DNA of 53,753 bases, the filler included, from Jimgerdemannia flammicorona (taxonomy: Eukaryota): the NCBI GenBank assembly GCA_003990765.1. It is 3 parts of 3 records of this genome, joined end to end, with 100 filler letters (N's around TTAATTAATTAA, not from the genome) between each part and the next. Parts side by side here need not be neighbours in the genome. Positions count along the whole stretch, not along the records: positions 35,907 to 53,753 come from RBNJ01002385.1; 2 more parts are not named here. One strand, given 5' to 3'. The position numbers and the translations under genes are program-made. The notes beneath the pieces were generated by a model. That model saw only the letters and a list, made by a program, of their open reading frames with translations, was not told the origin of the DNA and searched no databases. Shown one piece after another: positions 50,850 to 53,753 of this stretch (positions within the stretch are counted from its first letter, which is position 1; the number at the start of each line of letters is the position of its first letter).

Positions 50850-52870
50850 TTACTAGTTTAGATATTTATACTACCTACTCTTATCAATCTATTTGACCTC
50901 TTATCTGGAAACTAAGCAACCCCTAGTCATACAGTATCTTAACTATATCAGATAGAAATCTTATCAGAAGAATTAACTTTTATAGTACCTCCAGCAATAA
51001 CTATAATGACTAATAGCTATATCTAAGCTTTGACTCAGCAATTGGTAGCTCTGATAGAAATAGTAGACTAGATAGCTAAACAGAATAAACTCACTAAGAC
51101 TCTGTAAATCTCAATATTCAGTGAAAAAAACAGTAATATTGAAAGCTTCATCAATATAGTTAATATAGATTATCATACTAACTAATAAAATAATAACTGA
51201 GAATCCTTCAGAATGCTCATCAATAATATAGACAGTATATTTCTGTAACTATTTGCCACTTCTGCAACTTAAGTAGAAATAGTTATAATCTTTTTCTCAA
51301 GAGTAGTAGCTGAGTTCTAATATATTCTAGAAGATCATTCAGTAATCTGAGAAGATTGCCCTCAAGTTATTATATAGAACTCAATTAATAATAGATTAAG
51401 ATAGAATGACTATAATATAGCTCTAGGACATAAGACCTCTCTGCTAAATAAGTTCTGAAATGCAGCCTATATTTAAGAGATCTAAAACAAGCTGATCTAT
51501 ATGAAATTCCATAAGGATAGCAAAGAGGATCTCAAAACTTTTGTCACTAGGATAGATACCTACCTCAAGACTGTGGAACTTATCTATTAAAAAAATAACC
51601 TAGCTATCAATGACACTAGAGCCAATCATCTCTTTGTAGCCCTATTAGATTGACTTACTCAGAAGATCAAGAAACAAGGTCTTCTTCAAAAACACAGACA
51701 GTACTTATACTATTTTATCCAAGTTCAACATAGAGCCTATGAAATCCTAACTACCTAGGCCTTATGAAACTAAGAGCCCAAGAAGGATCAACAAGATATA
51801 TAAAAGAACTATCTCATCTGAAAATAAGATCTAAAATAGCTAAAAGAACTACAGAAGGATCAAGGTATATATGTAGTAACAATAAATAAAGACAGCTCTG
51901 TAATAAGAGCCTATGCTTTATCTATAAGAAGAAAGGATATATATTATATATATATATTTAGAAAAGAAGAATAAAGGCTCATCTAGTAAACTGAGAAAAT
52001 ATAGCATCATTGTAATTGAGAAAGAATTAGATAGAAAAAGTCCAGAAAACATCATTAAGATATAAAAGATATTCTATAAGACTATTATCTCTACTAAGGT
52101 ATACTTAACTAATGCAGACTATATCTCTATAGTAGCTAAGATTTCACTATCCCACCAGGCTCAAATATAACTATATAAACTAGTATTGATATATAAGTCT
52201 CCAAGAGAATTTATATATATCTGTCTAGCTAAATAAAGTAGTCTGATTAAAGAATTCAACATTAGCTTAAGAGGAGTTATAGATCAAGGCTTTATAAGAG
52301 TGATTTGAGTTACAGTCTCTTTCTCTACTATTATACTGATTACAAGCAATTTTCTGAAGTTTCTTTTTCTAACTTTCACTCTCTCTATTTTGGATTAGTT
52401 TGCTATATCTATTATAGAGCAGTGAAGAGAGGTAATAGTGATAAGTTGTCTCTTTATTATTATCAGATCAGTGCTTTCTCTACTTTTTCATAGTTTCTGA
52501 TATCTCTAGCTATATCTGAAGTATACTTAATTTGGTATAATACCTTCTTCCTTTTGCTATCATCAATAAGATATCATCTCAGTATATTGTAGACTATATA
52601 AGAAGTTGGCCAATCTTAGATGTCAAGTACTAGTATAGGTTATCTATAGATTGTCAATATCTATAGTAGGGCTCTCTGAGCTTTGGTAAGCTTCTCAGTG
52701 AGTATAGTTTTGGTATAATAACTATTTTTTAGATAAATCAAAATGAGAGAGGAGATGGTTATTATAGATAAGAGAAAAGATAATAATAGTAAACCAGTCA
52801 AGTATTAGATGAAGGGCAGTTATTGGAGTTATTGCAGATATTATATTAGTGAGGCCTTTTGATTGGCTGG
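50850..52870. mobile_element. Very decayed retroelement-like relics
   Basis: Gag-like EDLKTFVTRIDTYLK near 51525-51575, with many TAA/TAG stops. Confidence 0.35.
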
Positions 52871-52880
52871 TAGGTAGTAG

Positions 52881-53413
52881 TAGTACTCCAAATAAGTCAA
52901 TTTGAATTAATTCTAAATAGCTTATAGGTGATACAAATCTGATATATTAATATTATAGTTTTGATTTCCAAATTAGACAATTAAATATTTATATCAATAA
53001 CTTGATAAAATAACATCCAATTTTATTGATCATAATGTTATTTGAAAACGCTTAAAGAGACTTTTTAATGATACTAAGAATATTGAAATCAGATAACATA
53101 TTGCCAAGTTACCAATAAAAACATTCTTTTGAAGAAATTTCCAAAATCAGCAAGTCAGATATTTTTCTTAATAACTCAGTAATATAGTATTTAATTTTAA
53201 TATTCTTGGTATCATTAGAAAGACCTTGTTAAGAGCTTTCAAATAATACTATAATTATCAAAATTAGATGATATTTTATAAAGTTATTAATATAAACATT
53301 AAATTATCTAATTTGGAAATTAAAACTATAATATTGATATATTAAATTCTCTTCAAATTATATCATCTATAAATCACTTCAAATCAATTTGAATCAACTT
53401 ATTCAGAGTACTA
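52881..53413. mobile_element. hAT-family MITE (533 bp)
   Basis: TIRs TAGTACTCYRAATAAGT. Degenerate 8-bp TSD GGTAGTAG / GGCAGTGG. Long internal inverted arms. Confidence 0.85.
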
Positions 53414-53454
53414 GGCAGTGGGATAGTATAGGCTGATATTCTGGCTATATATAA

Positions 53455-53753
53455 TGTGACGGTACAGCCGAATTTGGAAGAAGGAAATAGGGAATAGACA
53501 CTTGATCGCACCCATTCCCAAAGTAGTATAGTCTTATAGTTAGCAGTCCTCGATTTCGACATTGTCTAATTTCTTAGACATTGTCTAAATTTTAGACATT
53601 ATCCAAATTGAATACCCCGATTTAGCATAGCATTTAGACATTGTCTAAATGTTTCGACAAAGTCCAAATGACTCATTTATTACTTAGCCACCCTCTCATA
53701 GCTAGCAAACTTGTATAAATAACCCAGTATCTTCGAGTGAATAAACCTCAGAT
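53455..53753 (+). repeat. Start of an LTR related to Ty3 family A
   Basis: Begins TGTGAC. AACTTGTATAAAT...AGTGAATAAACCTCAG matches 7449-7492. Confidence 0.65.

Overview
Eukaryotic, probably fungal, transposon-dense DNA with no recognisable host gene. Two 100-bp N gaps containing an artificial TTAATTAATTAA linker split it into three contigs. It is a nest of elements of different ages: a young CpG-rich Ty1/copia 3' half; old AT-rich hAT relics; two different Ty3/gypsy elements that each encode a dUTPase between protease and RT; four minus-strand L1/Tx1-like LINEs; a complete 8.3-kb hAT transposon with TIRs and a perfect 8-bp TSD; a 2-kb solo LTR; and a hAT MITE. Older elements have lost almost all CpG. 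The main finding is a second, spliced gene in the complete hAT element, facing the transposase. Once a solo LTR with a 5-bp TSD is removed by hand, its last exon reads through as an HxD...H 2OG-Fe(II) dioxygenase resembling the TET/JBP family. A second finding is a shared accessory ORF family in the Ty3 elements, which in two families lies inside the LTR U3 region.
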